Counted from the stretch's first letter, positions 40,403 to 55,946 are shown. The stretch: DNA of 64,000 bases from Eledone cirrhosa (GCA_964016885.1 OZ024740.1:2542001-2606000); one strand, 5' to 3'. Notes: generated from the letters alone by a model not told the origin. Translations and numbers: made by a program.

Positions 40403-42267
40403 ATAGCGGCGGTGAATTAGTTTTGCGAGGTTTTTTATATGAAATCGTGTGTCGAAACAAATATTGTTATACTTGGGGAGGGTCATATTTGTGTAATATT
40501 GCCAGAATTAATAACAGAACACACTCACTGTTTGGTTGGTTTTCGCTTCTCGCTTCTGTGTCTTTTATATCGGTAATCTAACTTACTCGGTCCTCAATGT
40601 TGCCATAGACCTCATCATCTACTCTCGTTATGTAGACGATATCAAAATAGTTATAAGAACACCCCCACTAGAGAGCACTAACAAGTTTGATTTAGAACGT
40701 AGCACGATGGAAAGCATCCAGCAGATAGCTAATTCCATACACCAGAGTATAACTGTAACTATCGACTTCCCTTCCAAACACCCTAACAATAGACTACCTG
40801 TATTAGACACAGAACTCTGGATTAACACTATAGACGAGAGAGCCCAAATTCTTCACTCACACTATGCTAAACCCATGGCCTCCAAATACCTGATACTCAA
40901 AAACTCAGCAATGTCTAGTAGTGCTAAGTTTAATATTCTGATCGCAGATTTGGTACGAGTGATGAAGAATGTGTCCCGCATGTGCGACCCAACAGAAATG
41001 GAAAGACACATCCAACACTTCATCAACCGCATGCAGTTCTCTGGCTACAACCAAAGAGACAGAGTCAGAGTATACGAAGGAGCCATGGAAAAGTATAAGA
41101 CCCTCATAGAACTGGACATGAAAGGAATTTGCCCATTATACAGGAGCAAATCATGGAATAGCTTAGATAGGGCTAGACATAAGATAGGGAAAGCCACCTC
41201 ATGGCACGACAACCAGAGATACCAGAGTGTCATGTTTGTGGACGCCACCCCTGGAGGGAAATTAGCTAACGAGTGTAGAAAGGCCCTGAGAAAGACCCAC
41301 TTAAAAATATAGGTGGTAGAAAAGCCAGGAACCACCATAAAATCCCTGATCAGCAAAACCTACCCTTTTAAGAAAACCCACTGTACCAATAGGAAATGTA
41401 TCATATGTAAGGTGAACCCCCGGATAAACTGTAAAACTAGAAACGTAGTCTATAGCATAAGATGTACAGAGGGTACTTGCAGAAACATGGCAACAACATA
41501 CATAGGTGAGACAGTTCGAAGCATAGGTGAAAGGATAGACCAACACTGGGGGGAACTAAAAGGACGAAAAACGGGTCAGTACTATACGAACATGCTAGAC
41601 AACAACATGACGGTAACATAGACAACATAGAAATTAGAATAATATCTAAAAATAGAAATGACCCAGCAGATAGGCAAATCAGAGAGGCCAGTGAAATAGA
41701 AATTAGAAGACCAAGGCTAAACAGAAAGAATGAATGGAATAACAACAACACCCAAACAAGCAACACTGACCTAAGAGAAGTATAAATAAGTAAATAAAAT
41801 AAAATAAATAAATAAATAAATACATACACAAGCACAATAACAACAAGCACATAAACACACACTAGTCACCCATCACACAGCAAACAAAACACTATACAGA
41901 CACGCAAACGCATGCGCAAAGAAGACAAAATAAAATAAACAAACAAGCAAATAAATAAATAAATATATAGACAGACTGAATAAAAATGGCGTAGACATAC
42001 AATACAACAGGAGGAAGATATAACACCACTGACGATGTTGCAGATGTGCAACGAAAGATTTATGATACACTATATATATGTGTTTGTGTCTATATTGTAT
42101 CTGTATTATTTTTGACCGTCGGTCAGTCAATGGCAACATTGAGGACCGAGTAAGTTAGATTACCGATATAAAAGACACAGAAGCGAAAACCAACCAAACA
42201 GTGAGTGTGTTCTGTTATTAATTCTGGCAATATTACACAAATATGACCCTCCCCAAGTATAACAACA
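40403..42267 (+). mobile_element. 5'-truncated Nematis-like PLE with inverted 5' pLTR piece (40403-40606)
   Basis: RYVDD, LPVLDTELW, VMFVDATPGG, GIY-YIG NVVYSIRC..YIGET. 40460-40606 is inverted relative to 42130-42265. Confidence 0.88.
42025..42066 (+). ncRNA. Minimal hammerhead, extra nucleotide after A9, weak stem I
   Basis: acca-CTGACGA-t-gttgca-gatg-tgcaac-GAAA-gatt-TA-tgat. Confidence 0.65.
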
Positions 42268-42374
42268 TATATATATACATACCTACATATATATACATGA
42301 TGGCTTCCCCTCGTTATCGAGTATTGTCATTGCACGTCATACCATTATTGATAATTATTAATTAATTCTATCGT

Positions 42375-42560
42375 GCGGTGGACTGGCAGTATCGGTAGAG
42401 GGTCGGACGCCATGCTTTCCAGCATAGTTACGTCCCTTTACGATCTGAGTTCAAATCCCGCCGAGGTTGACTTTGCCTTTCATCCTTACGGGGTCGATAA
42501 AATAAAGTACCAGTAATGCACTGGATAATTGCTGGCCTTGTGCCTAACGTAGAAACAATT
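42375..42560 (+). mobile_element. tRNA-derived SINE
   Basis: A box tggcagtatcggtag; B box gagttcaaatccc; central gcctttcatccttacggggtcgataaaataaagtaccag (Meta-like domain, tentative). Confidence 0.8.
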
Positions 42561-42789
42561 AATTAATTCTATCGTGCAATGCCTGTGCGTGAAGATATAT
42601 TTTAAAGTGAAGAAAGACTGTGCACTGAGCCAATCCCCCTCTCTGAGCAACAGTAGCGGAAAAGAAGAAAAGATCAACATCATCGTTAACTATTGAGCCA
42701 CAGGTTTTATATCCCAGTTTATACATACATATACACACATATATACATACATATATACATACATATATACATAAATGTTATCGGAGTTT

Positions 42790-43225
42790 TTCGAATATTA
42801 ATAAGTGTTTCTACTATTGGCACAAGGCCAGCAATTAACCAGTGTATTACTGGTACTTTATTTTATCGACCCCGTAAGGTTGAAAGGCAAATTAACCTCG
42901 GCGGGATTTGAATTCAGAAGGGCAAGGGCCGTAACTCTGTGTCAAAGGATGGCGTCCGACCCTCTACCGATACTGCCAATCCACCGCCGTTTTCGAATAT
43001 TAATAATGGTTTCTTATATAGGCACAAGGCCAGTAATTTGGGGGGAGGGGAAAGTCGATTAAATCGACCCCAGTGCGTGACTGGTACTTTATTTTATCGA
43101 CCCCATAAGGATGAAAGGCAAAGTTAACCTCGGCGGGATTTGAGCTCGGATCATAAAGAGCCGTAACTCTATGCTGCAAAGCATGGCGTCCGATCCTCTA
43201 CCGATACTGCCAATCCACCACCCTC
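42790..43225 (-). mobile_element. Two tandem tRNA-derived SINE copies
   Basis: Reverse complement of the 42375 family at ~42810-42990 and ~43020-43222. Confidence 0.8.
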
Positions 43226-43288
43226 GAATATTAATAATAACATTCGATTCGTTTGTTTGCAGTTATGCAAACAAGCCTCAATTTTATA

Positions 43289-43366
<78 letters not shown>

Positions 43367-43619
43367 TATATATATATATATATATATGTACGTATATATA
43401 TATGTACATACATATATATATATATTTACATACATATATATATATATGTACATACATATATATATATATTTACATACATATATATATATATGTACATACA
43501 TATATATATGTACATATATATATATATGTACGTATATACATATATGTACATACATATATATATATATATATATGTACATACATATATATATATATATGTA
43601 TGTACATATATATATATCT

Positions 43620-43770
43620 GTCAATAATTGTCACAAGTGTAGTGTTTGTACCAGAGTTTTCAAGTCGCTGGCTGGACTAAAAAGTCACACTCGTTCAGCG
43701 CATCGGTGAGGGTTCTCCTACATGGCTATAAAGTAGTCGTCGTACTCGAAAACGAGTTGGCAGCCACCAT
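43620..43770 (+). mobile_element. 3' fragment of the non-autonomous RTE-like element
   Basis: Matches 52715-52863; encodes [22 protein letters not shown]. Confidence 0.75.
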
Positions 43771-43794
43771 GTATATATGTAGGTATATATATAT

Positions 43795-44478
43795 ATAATA
43801 AAGAATTTATATCTAGTAACATATATATACATACTAATGCATATCGATGCTAGCAAATATATAGGTTTTGTCTTAATAACATTGTGGTTCAATGCATGGG
43901 GTTGCAGAACAATAATATAAGAGACGTAAGATAAGAAAATTATAAAATTAACTTACTAAAATATCACTTCCAACTAATTAGTTTCTGGAATGGAGTAGAT
44001 ACATCTTCCGAAGAAGGTGTATAGAAACATCCCGTCATCAGGAAAGTCTAATCTCATATAAGTTTCCAGGCAAAGCGAGGACACTGGAAGCTTATTAAAA
44101 AAATAAATCAGTGAATAGGAAATAGCAAAGCGTGGACTTACTTCCTAGCCATTGAGAAAATCACTGCCTCTGTGTCTGTGGCAAATTCAAAAAGAATCGA
44201 ACACGTGACATCGAGGTCAATCGGTGGAAAGTGGGTTGTTAATAAGACAGCGGCCAGCCTACTACCGTAGTAGCAGTCATGGCCAGTATTGCTCGACAAA
44301 TATTTTGGAGATAATAATAAAGAATTTATATCTAGTAACATATATATACATACTAATGCACATCGATGCTAGCAAATATATAGGTTTTGTCTTAATAACA
44401 TTGTGGTTCAATGCATGGGGTTGCAGAACAATAATATAAGAGACGTAAGATAAAAAAATTATAAAATTAACTTACTTA
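43795..44478 (-). repeat. Permuted 1.3-copy ORF-less hammerhead unit (period 519), diverged relative of 1-1412
   Basis: 43795-43958 repeats at ~44314-44477. Shares gaaactaattagttgg, ttacgtc and tattgttctgca..gcattgaaccac with the 1-1412 unit. Confidence 0.85.
43966..44047 (-). ncRNA. Type-I hammerhead ribozyme, extended stem II with cUUCGg loop
   Basis: actttc-CTGATGA-c-gggatg..cttc-TTCG-gaag..cattcc-a-GAAA-ctaattag-TT-ggaagt. Confidence 0.85.
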
Positions 44479-44554
<76 letters not shown>

Positions 44555-44556
<2 letters not shown>

Positions 44557-47500
44557 TTTTGCGAGGTTTTTTTATATGAAATCGTGTGTCGAAACAAATA
44601 TTGTTATACTTGGGGAGGGCCATATTTGTGTAATATTGCCAGAATTAATAACAGAACACACTCACTGTTTGGTTGGTTTTCGCTTCTGTGTCTTTTATAT
44701 CGGTAATCTAACTTACTCGGACCTCAATGTTGCCATTGACTGACCGACGGTCAAAAATAATACAGATACAATATAGACACAAACACATATATATAGTTTA
44801 TCATAAATCTTTCGTTGCACATCTGCAACATCGTCAGCGGTGTTATATTTTCCTCCTGTTGTGTTGTATGTCTACGCCATTTTTATTCAGTCTGTCTATA
44901 TATTTATTCATTTATTTGCTTGTTTGTTTATTTTATTTCGTCTTCTTTGCGCATGCGTTTGCGTGTGTGTATAGTGTTATGTTTGCTGTGTGATGGGTGA
45001 CTAGTGTGTGTTTATGTGCTTGTTGTTATTGTGCTTGTGTATGTATTTATTTATTTATTTATCTTATTTTATTTACTTATTTATACTTCTCTTAGATCAG
45101 TGTTGTTTGTTTGGGTGTTGTTGTTATTCCATTCATTCTTTCTGTTTAGCTTTGGTCTTCTAATTTCTATTTCACTGGCCTCTCTAATTTGCCTATCTGC
45201 TGGGTCATTTCTATGTTTAGATATTATTCTAATTTCTATGTTGTCTATGTTACCGTCATGTTGTTGTCTAGCATGTTCGTATAGTACTGACCCGTTTTTC
45301 GTCCTTTTAGTTCCCCCCAGTGTTGGTCTATCCTTTCACCTATGCTACGAGCTGTCTCACCTATGTATGTTGTTGTCATGTTTCTGCAAGTACCCTCTGT
45401 ACATCTTATGCTATAGACTACGTTTCTAGTTTTACAGTTTATCCGGGGGTTCACCTTACATATGATACATTTCCTATTGGTACAGTGGGTTTTCTTAAAA
45501 GGGTAGGTTTTGCTGATCAGGGATTTTATGGTGGTTCCTGGCTTTTCTATCACCTTTATTTTTAAGTGGGTCTTTCTCAGGGCCTTTCTACACTGGTTAG
45601 CTAATTTCCGTCCAGGGGTGGCGTCCACAAACATGACACTCTGGTATCTCTGGTTGTCGTACCATGAGGTGGCTTTCCCTATTTTATGTCTAGCCCTATC
45701 TAAGCTATTCCATGATTTGCTCCTGTATAATGGGGGCAAATTCCTTTCATGTCCAGTTCTATGAGGGTCTTATACTTTTCCATGGCTCCTTCGTATACTC
45801 TGACTCTGTCTCTTTGGTTGTAGTCAGAGAAATGCATGCGGTTGATGAAGTGTTGGATGTGTCTTTCCATTTCTGTTGGGTCGCACATGCGGGACACATT
45901 CTTCATCACTCGTACCAAATCTGCGATCAGAATATTAAACTTATCACTACTGGACATTGCTGAGTTTTTGAGTATCAGGTATTTGGAGGCCATGGGTTTA
46001 GCATAGTGTGAATGGAGAATTTGGGCTCTCTCGTCTATAGTGTTAATCCAGAGTTCTGTGTCTAATACAGGTAGTCTATTGTTAGGGTGTTTGGAAGGGA
46101 AGTCGATAGTTACAGTTATACTCTGGTGTATGGAATTAGCTATCTGCTGGATGCTTTCCATCGTGCTACGTTCTAAATCAAACTTGTTAGTGCTCTCTAG
46201 TGGGGGTGTTCTTATAACTATATTGATATCGTCTACATAACGAGAGTACATGATGAGGTCTATGGAGCTTTCATTAAGGAGATCTTTAAGTCTCTTTTCC
46301 CACCATACCATGAAAAGGTTGGCAACATCACCAGCTATGCTGACGCCGATGGCTGCTCCCTCATTTTGGGTGTAGATTTTCTCGTTGAACTTAAATATGT
46401 GGCCCTTGAGGGTAGTTTTGATACTAGCCCCTATTGCATGTGCGACCATTTTTCTTACCTGATCATTGTTTTGGGGGGTCCGTATAGCTTTGGTCCACCC
46501 AATCCACCTTCCCATGGTAGTCTTTTTGCCATTGAGGTTATGGTGGGGTGTCTACCTCTTATAGGTCTACTAGGGCAGAAACATCTAAGGTCATGGCTGT
46601 CTAGGTAGTCAGTGTCGTAGGTAAGTCTAAGTAGGAGGCCCAGTTCGTCTGTGTCGACGTCTCAGAACTCCACCTCACTCTCAATGATCATCTCCACACA
46701 TCTTTTCACAGCAAAATCAATGTTAATGGATGGGTACAGTGACACCACATCCATGCTGCCTATTATGCAGTTGGATAGGCTCCTGTTTTTGTTGCACTCA
46801 CTAATTCTGCTGAGGAGGTCCTCTGTACTTTCACATACATCTGGGGACATCTTGATTATGGGGCGTATAACCATTGAGAGGAAGTAGGAGATCCTGTAGT
46901 TGCTAGCTATATTAGCTCCGCATACGGGTCTTGTTGGTGGTCCTGTTGTCGGGTCGTCGACTGTCTTGTGGTCTTTGCGGAGCCCATACAAGGGTGGTAT
47001 GCCATTGTTAGACGCCTGGAATTTGTTGGCAGTGCGTCTGCTTGGCTTTAGGATGTCAGTCCACATCATCATGTGAGCGTTGAGGATTTTTTCTCTCCCA
47101 TCGTGTGTTTGTTGTGCAATTTCGCTCGTGTTGGTGATGTGGGGTTGCATAGCCTCGATGTAGTTCGGCATGCTATCTATTGACATTCTACCAGACTTAT
47201 CCGTGGGTAGACACACTACCTCACCATCCCTTGTGCGCTGCTTGAGGCTAACCAAGCCTTCTACAGGTTTCCTCCCAAGTTGTTGGGCCTCTGGTCTGCT
47301 CTGTCTCTTAGTATACCTGTCTACTATTTGTCTAATCTTATTTCTAGCTATGGTGAACTATGCCTCTGTCTCGTCATCTATTTGTTGTGGTATGCAAACT
47401 CTTTTATTAAAGGGTAACCTCGTAGGATAGATATTACCCATCTTATATGTTTTGTCAGCTGGGTTGAAAAATAGTTTCTCTAAGGGGTTGTCATTATATC

Positions 47501-48719
47501 TATCGTCATAGTTGTGTGTGTTGCTATTATTGTTATCAGGGTGGTTGTTGTTGTTTCTATCATTAGCATAATTATTATTGTTATGATTGCTAGATGTATT
47601 GTTGTTTACTTCACCGTTATTGTTGTTGTTGTTACTGTTATTTCTACCATTGTGGTTGTTACTTTTATTATGTTTCTTGTTTTTGTTGTGTCTATCATTG
47701 ATGTTGCTACATGTACTATTTCCATTATTACCACTGTGGTTATTGTTGTTGTTGTTCGTATTGTTACCGTTATTACTACTGTGGTCGCTGTTGCTGTGTC
47801 TGTGGTTAATGTTTCTATTATTATTATTATTGTGGTTGTTGTTGTTCTGTCTATCGCTAGTATTATTACCATTATCACTATTTCTCACTTTCCTGCTATT
47901 GTTATTGTTATGGCTGTTATTTCTATACTCAGAGTTATTGTTTATATTACTACTACCGTTATTATTGTTGTTGTTGTTTACTTTTGCATTCCAACGTATT
48001 TTTGTGAAACACTTTTCCAGCTCCATTTTGCACTCCATAGGGTTAATCTTTTTGTAGATGGCAAATTTTGGTGGTAGCCGCAGGATTTGTTGTTCTTGTT
48101 CACTGATTAAAGTGTTCCCATAGATATTTACTGTGTGGTCATTGGTAAATTCTTCCGGTAGTTTTACATCAGTCATACGGATATTGTCGATGTTATCTGG
48201 GTATTTTTGAGAATATTCGATTTTCCTTTCTTGTAGTTTTTTCTTATTCATCCATTCTAATTTCTTATTGAAATGCCTATTGCATTCGTTTCGAGCGTAT
48301 TTCGTTTCACGTCGGATGACGCTCATGAAGTTATCCCTCTCGTTTGCTGTGATGAGATTTCGGATTTCCTTACCGTTAATGCGTTTCTGTCTGTAAAGTT
48401 CGTTGACTTTTGTGTATGTTGTTCTTTTCATATTAACTGTTATTGTGTGTTTTAGTCGTTCGGCTTGTGTTTTGTTCAATAATAAATTATTTACTTGTTT
48501 TGATATGTTTGTTGTGTATGTTTTGGAGGAAACACAGTGTTTTAAGAAGCGGATTTGTTCTGTTGTTATTGTAGTTTTTATATAACAGAAAACAGTGTCT
48601 TTCAATAACCTTTCAGCTTGGCACAAGCTAATGCCATAGCGGCGATGAATTAGTTTTGCGAGGTTTTTTATATGAAATCGTGTGTCGAAACAAATATTGT
48701 TATACTTGGGGAGGGTCAT
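44555..48719 (-). mobile_element. Near full-length Nematis-like Penelope element (Asn-rich N-terminus, RT, GIY-YIG, 3' pLTR)
   Basis: ORF pieces 47358-48719, 46662-47255 (PTDKSG, LYGLRKDHK, RPVC, MDVVSLYPSI), 45700-46515 (GAAIG, RYVDD) and 45245-45739. The ATG directly abuts (TA)n. Confidence 0.9.
44800..44841 (-). ncRNA. Minimal hammerhead (copy of 42025-42066)
   Basis: accg-CTGACGA-t-gttgca-gatg-tgcaac-GAAA-gatt-TA-tgat. Confidence 0.65.
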
Positions 48720-48948
48720 ATATATATACGGGGTAGCAAATAATAGTTATATGCAGTCCACTTAGGTGTAGTCCAGTTATGGTATTCCGGGTAGTGGATG
48801 ATATCAACTCTTAGCTTGGTTTGACTCAACAAGGCGTTTTCATAGTGATGTTGCGAGTATGCTGTAATTCCTATGTTGTAAACACTTGGAGTAATAATAA
48901 ATCAGGAAAGAAGATTGACATGGTTTGCTATACAAAAAAAGTTTTTAA

Positions 48949-49069
48949 TCTCATTGCTGACAATTGTTTCTCTGAACTGGTAGGTCTAGAGATCGCTATT
49001 CGCTTGTTTTCACGTTACTCGATCGCCAATACAAAATTATAACCAGTCAGTTCTTCGGAGCATGCGAGA
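48949..49069 (-). ncRNA. Hammerhead with CCGAAGA core and ~80-nt stem II
   Basis: Reverse complement of 53233-53353. Confidence 0.65.
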
Positions 49070-49435
49070 ATGAAGAGAATATACAGGCATGAAAGGAATA
49101 TACAGGCTACTATATGAAGTAGTAATGGCATTCAGTTAGAACAATAACAACAATTACAACAATGCTATTAATAAATTATTTGAGGAGACCCTGACATTAC
49201 ATTAGGTGGGGGGGTATAGTGTATCTAAGATTTCGGCGTTTAAAACTAGCTGACATGAAGCAGAAGTAAAAGTTTGGCATGTACGGAGTGTCGTAGGGTG
49301 TATTGTATCAATTTTAAAGATAAGCCGGTGTTTACGGTCTTTCTTTTCATCTTCAATAACATACATAAATGGGACAACAGTCAAAGCTAAATAGTGGGCG
49401 AGTTAATACAGAGGTTAAGGAGGTAATACACATAC

Positions 49436-49556
<121 letters not shown>

Positions 49557-52108
49557 CACACACATACACACACACATATATATATACACACGCATGTGTA
49601 CATAGACACATACATACACATCAATATACACTCGTACAAAAATATACATACATGCAAAGAGATAAGCGTGCTGATTGTAACTATGGCAAAAGGAAGGTAA
49701 AGTTACATTGTAGTAGTGATTTGAGAAATTCTTGGATTTAGGATCAAGTGATGGCAGCAGCTGAGAAGGAATAAGTTTATGGGTTGATGAGGTACTTACA
49801 GACATTTGTGTGGTATAGACCTGTGAAGGCTAGAGTGTACTTAATGAGTATATTTCTGTGGTGATTTATGCAGGGTAGTGGGTATCCTAGTTTAAAGCTA
49901 TGTTGTGTTGGTTCGATTCACGGAGGTTTGAATCATATGAATTTAGTGGCAATTCTATGTCTGCGGAAGATAGATCTTTCTAACTTATTGTTAAGTAGCC
50001 TTTTTACATTTTTGAGGATATACATTAGTTCTAGATCACATAGCCCGCAGTGGGACATACCTGTACTATAGGTTTTAGCAGCCGACAACTTCGACCAGTT
50101 AATACTGTAGTTAGTGCTGCTGTCCTTCAGTTCCTATATTTTTTTGGCGAGGGTTGTGGAACCCATAAGTGCATGGTTTTTCATTGAGTGCCTGTGCACA
50201 TACCATCTTTTTTTAAAAGAACCCGCAGTGGATCCTATGTAATTCCAGGTGGAGTTATCCGATTTGACCGTGCACATGTATACTAGGCTTGAATCGAGAC
50301 ATCTGTTCGCCAATGGGCACCTATCTGGTAGCTGACAGTTACAGTTTGAGGCGCTATTTTGTGCAGCTTCTACACTCCTGTTTAGTACTCTGTTATAAGT
50401 GGGTTGTGATATATGCCCATTGGGGTTTTGCTGCTGCGCGTTTGTATGCGCTTGCGGTTGTGATGTTGTGATGTGTTTATGCTTATAATTTGGTGCTAAG
50501 TTATGCATAGGTGCTGTTGATTTACTAGAGATATTTCTGTGGTTGATCCTGCGTATGTGTGATTCTATATTTGCTGCTGTCGAGTATGAGAGTTTTATAG
50601 TATTTCTATTGAGTATTTTGTGATATCTATGTGAGATAGGGAAGTGTTTATCTATTAGTTTAAAGAATGTCGAGGGCAGTCTAGTTTTTATAGAGGAGTT
50701 GAAGATTGGGTTGAACCATAGGTATTTTCTTTGTCTGTTTCTTCTATTGTTTCTAGGGTTTACGTTATTAGTGTTTTGACCGTTTACTCCAGGTGTTACG
50801 TGTCTAACCCTATGTCTAGTCCAGCTATTTCTATTATTATGTGAGCGGTTGGTGTAGTAGTTACTAGGATTGTTTACGTTGTCTTTATTCACTATATACT
50901 GCAGTTTATCTTTATGACCGGCCCTACGTAATGCTGCATTATAATAGTCAGCATGTTCGTTAAAGATTTCTAGGTTAGAGGATAAGCGGGATATTCGGAG
51001 GGATATACTACGTGCTATGGATCTAATTATGGATTTGGGGTGGTTTGAGTTGTAACTAATGTAGGCAAGATTTTCATTATTTTTGTGGAAAGGTTCTATT
51101 AATCCCGTATTTAGATTTAGAGTCACATCTAGAAAGTTTACCTTCTTATGGTTCAGTTCGTAGGTAATACTTAGGCCTAGTTTTTTGAAGAATATTCTAA
51201 TATTTTTTCTTAGTCTTTCCATGCTCTGGTTGTTTAGGTTCCTAGCTATAAGTAGTGTGTCGTCCCTATAAATTCCTCCTTGGAGGTTACTGAATTCCTT
51301 ATGTAGATTGTGTGCTATGAATAGCTCCACGATATCTGTGATTTGCGCAGAGTCATTTGATCCCATTGTTATATCGAAGCTATTTATCCTATCTTTTCTT
51401 TCCCAGTAGCTATTTTCAAATTTTATGATAGTCCTTCTAGCCGCTATTATTATTTCAATTTCATCATGGGTAAGATCAGAGTTATTTTGGGCAAATATAA
51501 GCGCCTTATCTAGGGTAGCTGGGGATATGGATGCATAGTAGTCGTCTATATCAAATTGTATGAAGTTACACGTCTCCCTATTTTGTATTTTATTGAACCA
51601 TTTAATTGCCTCGTTAGTGTTGCCCCATAACTTGATTTCTAGTTTACCCTTTATTTGTGCGATTACCCTATTTAGAATGTTCTTGCTAATTTTACCTATG
51701 TCTGACTTGGATGGGAATATTAATCTAATGGTGGGGTTAGTTTCAAAATTATTTTTGTGATCCTTCAGGTTAAATGTTGGGTTGCACGGGGTTAGCGGTT
51801 CGGTCCTATCGGGAATTCCGAGTTTGTTAACTATCTTGAGGCCCTCCACCTTAATGCTGCTGAGTGTAGATTCATTTGTTTTTTTATATTTTTTATGTAG
51901 TTCACGCTGAATAAAGCTATTGTATGTGTTAATGTCCATAGAGTATACGTTTGATGTTTTGTCTACTTTTACTATGATACCTTCCTTTTGCCATAGTTAC
52001 AATCAGCACGCTTATCTCTTTGCATGTATGTATATTTTTGTACGAGTGTATATTGATGTGTATGTATGTGTCTATGTACACATGCGTGTGTATATATATG
52101 TGTGTGTG

Positions 52109-52244
<136 letters not shown>

Positions 52245-52255
52245 TACACACACAT

Positions 52256-52863
52256 GTCAGGTCACCAGTTGGTGCTACTGGTAACATGTATCCCAGTACA
52301 ACCTGTCTCATGGTCGGGTCGTTGGCGACTAAACTGGCAACCCCACCAAGGTTTCTTGGTGAGGAGGGTGACTTTGGACATCCTGCAGGACTAAAAACAA
52401 AACCTGTCAAAGGGCAAAGGAGCTCTTAAGAGTCAATGGCCATCCAAAATCACCGGGAGAGATGACCCCTTAGCCTTTGTCAAGGCAGAATTCTAGGAGA
52501 AGGAAAACTCTGATATAACACCTGCAACCCTGATGGTATCCAATGATGTTGACTTGTTCTTCTTTTTGGTACATATCATCTTGGTTAAGAGAGTGGGACT
52601 GGCTTTGTGCAGTGCCTTTGCTCACTATAAAAGCTTCACGGCACAGGCATTGCTTTATATCTGGAGATCTCTCTGCACTTGTCGTCAGATGGTACCATGG
52701 GCCCAGCACTATATGTCAATAATTGTCAAAAGTGTAGTGTTTGTACCAGAGTTTTCAAATCGCTGGCTGGACTAAAAAGTCACACTCGTTCAGCGCATCC
52801 GTAGGGGTTCTCCTACATGGATATAAAGTAGGGGCCGTACTCGAAAACGAGTTGGCAGCCACC
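52256..52863 (+). mobile_element. Full ~610 bp non-autonomous RTE-like element nested in the Naiad inverted arm
   Basis: Absent from the partner arm (49430-49560). 3' part encodes a C2H2-like RTE tail. Other copies at 37470, 38435 and 43620. Confidence 0.75.
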
Positions 52864-53232
52864 ATATATATATGTATGTGTATTACGTCCTTAACCTCTG
52901 TATTAACTAGCCCACTATTTAGCTTTGACAGTGTTGTCCCATTCATGTATGTTATTGAAGATGAAAAGAAAGACTGTAAACACCGACTTATCTTTAAAAT
53001 TGATACAATATACCCTACGACACTCCGTACATGCCAAACCTATACTTCTGCTTCATGTCAGCTAGTTTTACACGCCGAAATGTTAGATACACTATACCCC
53101 CCACCTAATGTAATGTCAGGGTCTCCTCAAATAATTTATTAATAGCATTGTTGTAATTGTTGTTATTGTTCTAACTGAATGCCATTATTACTTCATATAG
53201 TAGCCTGTATATTCCTTTCATGCCTGTTTCAT

Positions 53233-53353
53233 TCTCGCATGCTCCGAAGAACTGACTGGTTATAATTTTGTATTGGCGATCGAGTAACGTGAAAACAAGC
53301 GAATAGCGATCTCTAGACCTACCAGTTCAGAGAAACAATTGTCAGCAATGAGA
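53233..53353 (+). ncRNA. Hammerhead with CCGAAGA core and ~80-nt stem II
   Basis: tctcgcatgct-CCGAAGA-a-ctgactggt..accagttcag-a-GAAA-caattg-TC-agcaatgaga. Confidence 0.65.
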
Positions 53354-53740
53354 TTAAAAACCTTTTTTGTATAGCAAACCATGTCAATCTTCTTTCCTGA
53401 TTTATATATATATCGCGGAATCTTTGTGTGTATGAATGTAACAAAGAGACATCGTTTGTGTGTATAATATTTAATTAACAATTTAACAGTATAGTTGACA
53501 TGTCAATGAATAAACGAAAGAATGAAGCAAAGTTAGTAGTTACCGTTTTGATTGCCAGGCAAACGCAGGCTGGCAGAAGACGCCTGGCTAAGGCCAGGCG
53601 CCGGAAGGGCAAATGAGAGAGTGAGAACTTAAAGTTGTTAGTTTTATATGGTTCCGACCGGAAGTTACAGAAAGGGTTCTACTTCCTGTCTAGATGGTGT
53701 TGTGAGTGTCACAACAAGGGAGACAAGGGAGGCAACTGCT

Positions 53741-53777
<37 letters not shown>

Positions 53778-53854
53778 TGGTGATGGTACGAATGGTCTAA
53801 CCTAGTAAGAATTATATAACAATAAATACAATAAAAATAATAAAGTTTTCTGAT

Positions 53855-53992
53855 TTAGGCACAAGTCTAGAATTTTTGGCGGAGTGGGAAGTCTATTAAA
53901 TCGACACCAGTGCATTACTGGTACTATTTTATCTACCCCGTATGGATGAAAGGCAAAGTTAACTTTGGTGGGATTTGAACTCAGACTGTAAA
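53855..53992 (-). mobile_element. Truncated tRNA-SINE
   Basis: Homologous to 43020-43150. Confidence 0.7.
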
Positions 53993-54208
53993 GGAAATAA
54001 TAACAATAACAATGATTATAATAATAAGAATACAGGAATATGAATTACCTTGGAGAAGAAGGTGGAATGATGTATTAAACACCAATACAACGTTTACATT
54101 AATCACAGTTGGGAATATAGAATTATCTCCCTTATCCATTGCTTGCCACTCCACATTTCTGGCCAAAATACAGAAATTCTTACTTGGAAATCTTTTAATA
54201 ACTCATTG

Positions 54209-55552
<1,344 letters not shown>

Positions 55553-55614
55553 ATTGGTTTATTTTTTCCGCTGCTTTCTGTTTCTCGTGAAAGAAAAAAA
55601 GGTGTAGATTATAG

Positions 55615-55946
55615 TATGAGGTGGTGGTGGGGGTGGAGGTGAGGGTAGAGAGAAAGGTGAAGAGGAATGTGTAGGGGAAGGGCATGAGTATAGGGAGGAG
55701 AAGTCAGGGTGAGCGTGAGGCAGGAGGAGATGGGGGGAAAGTGGGAGAGATAGGGAAATGGAGGGGGAGTGGGAGGATAGAGAGATGGATGGGGAGTGGG
55801 AGTGAGAGGGAGATGGGGAGAAGAAGGAAGAGAGAGAGAGAGAGAGAGGGAGGGAGGGAGAGAGAGAGGGAGAGAGAGAAAGAGAGTGAGAGAGAGGGAT
55901 AGGGAGAGAGAGAGATAGGGAGAGAGAGAGAGATAGAGATAGATGG

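Noticed and set aside
42375-42460. tRNA gene
   Set aside because: A/B boxes are followed by a SINE body, repeated many times, with no full cloverleaf.
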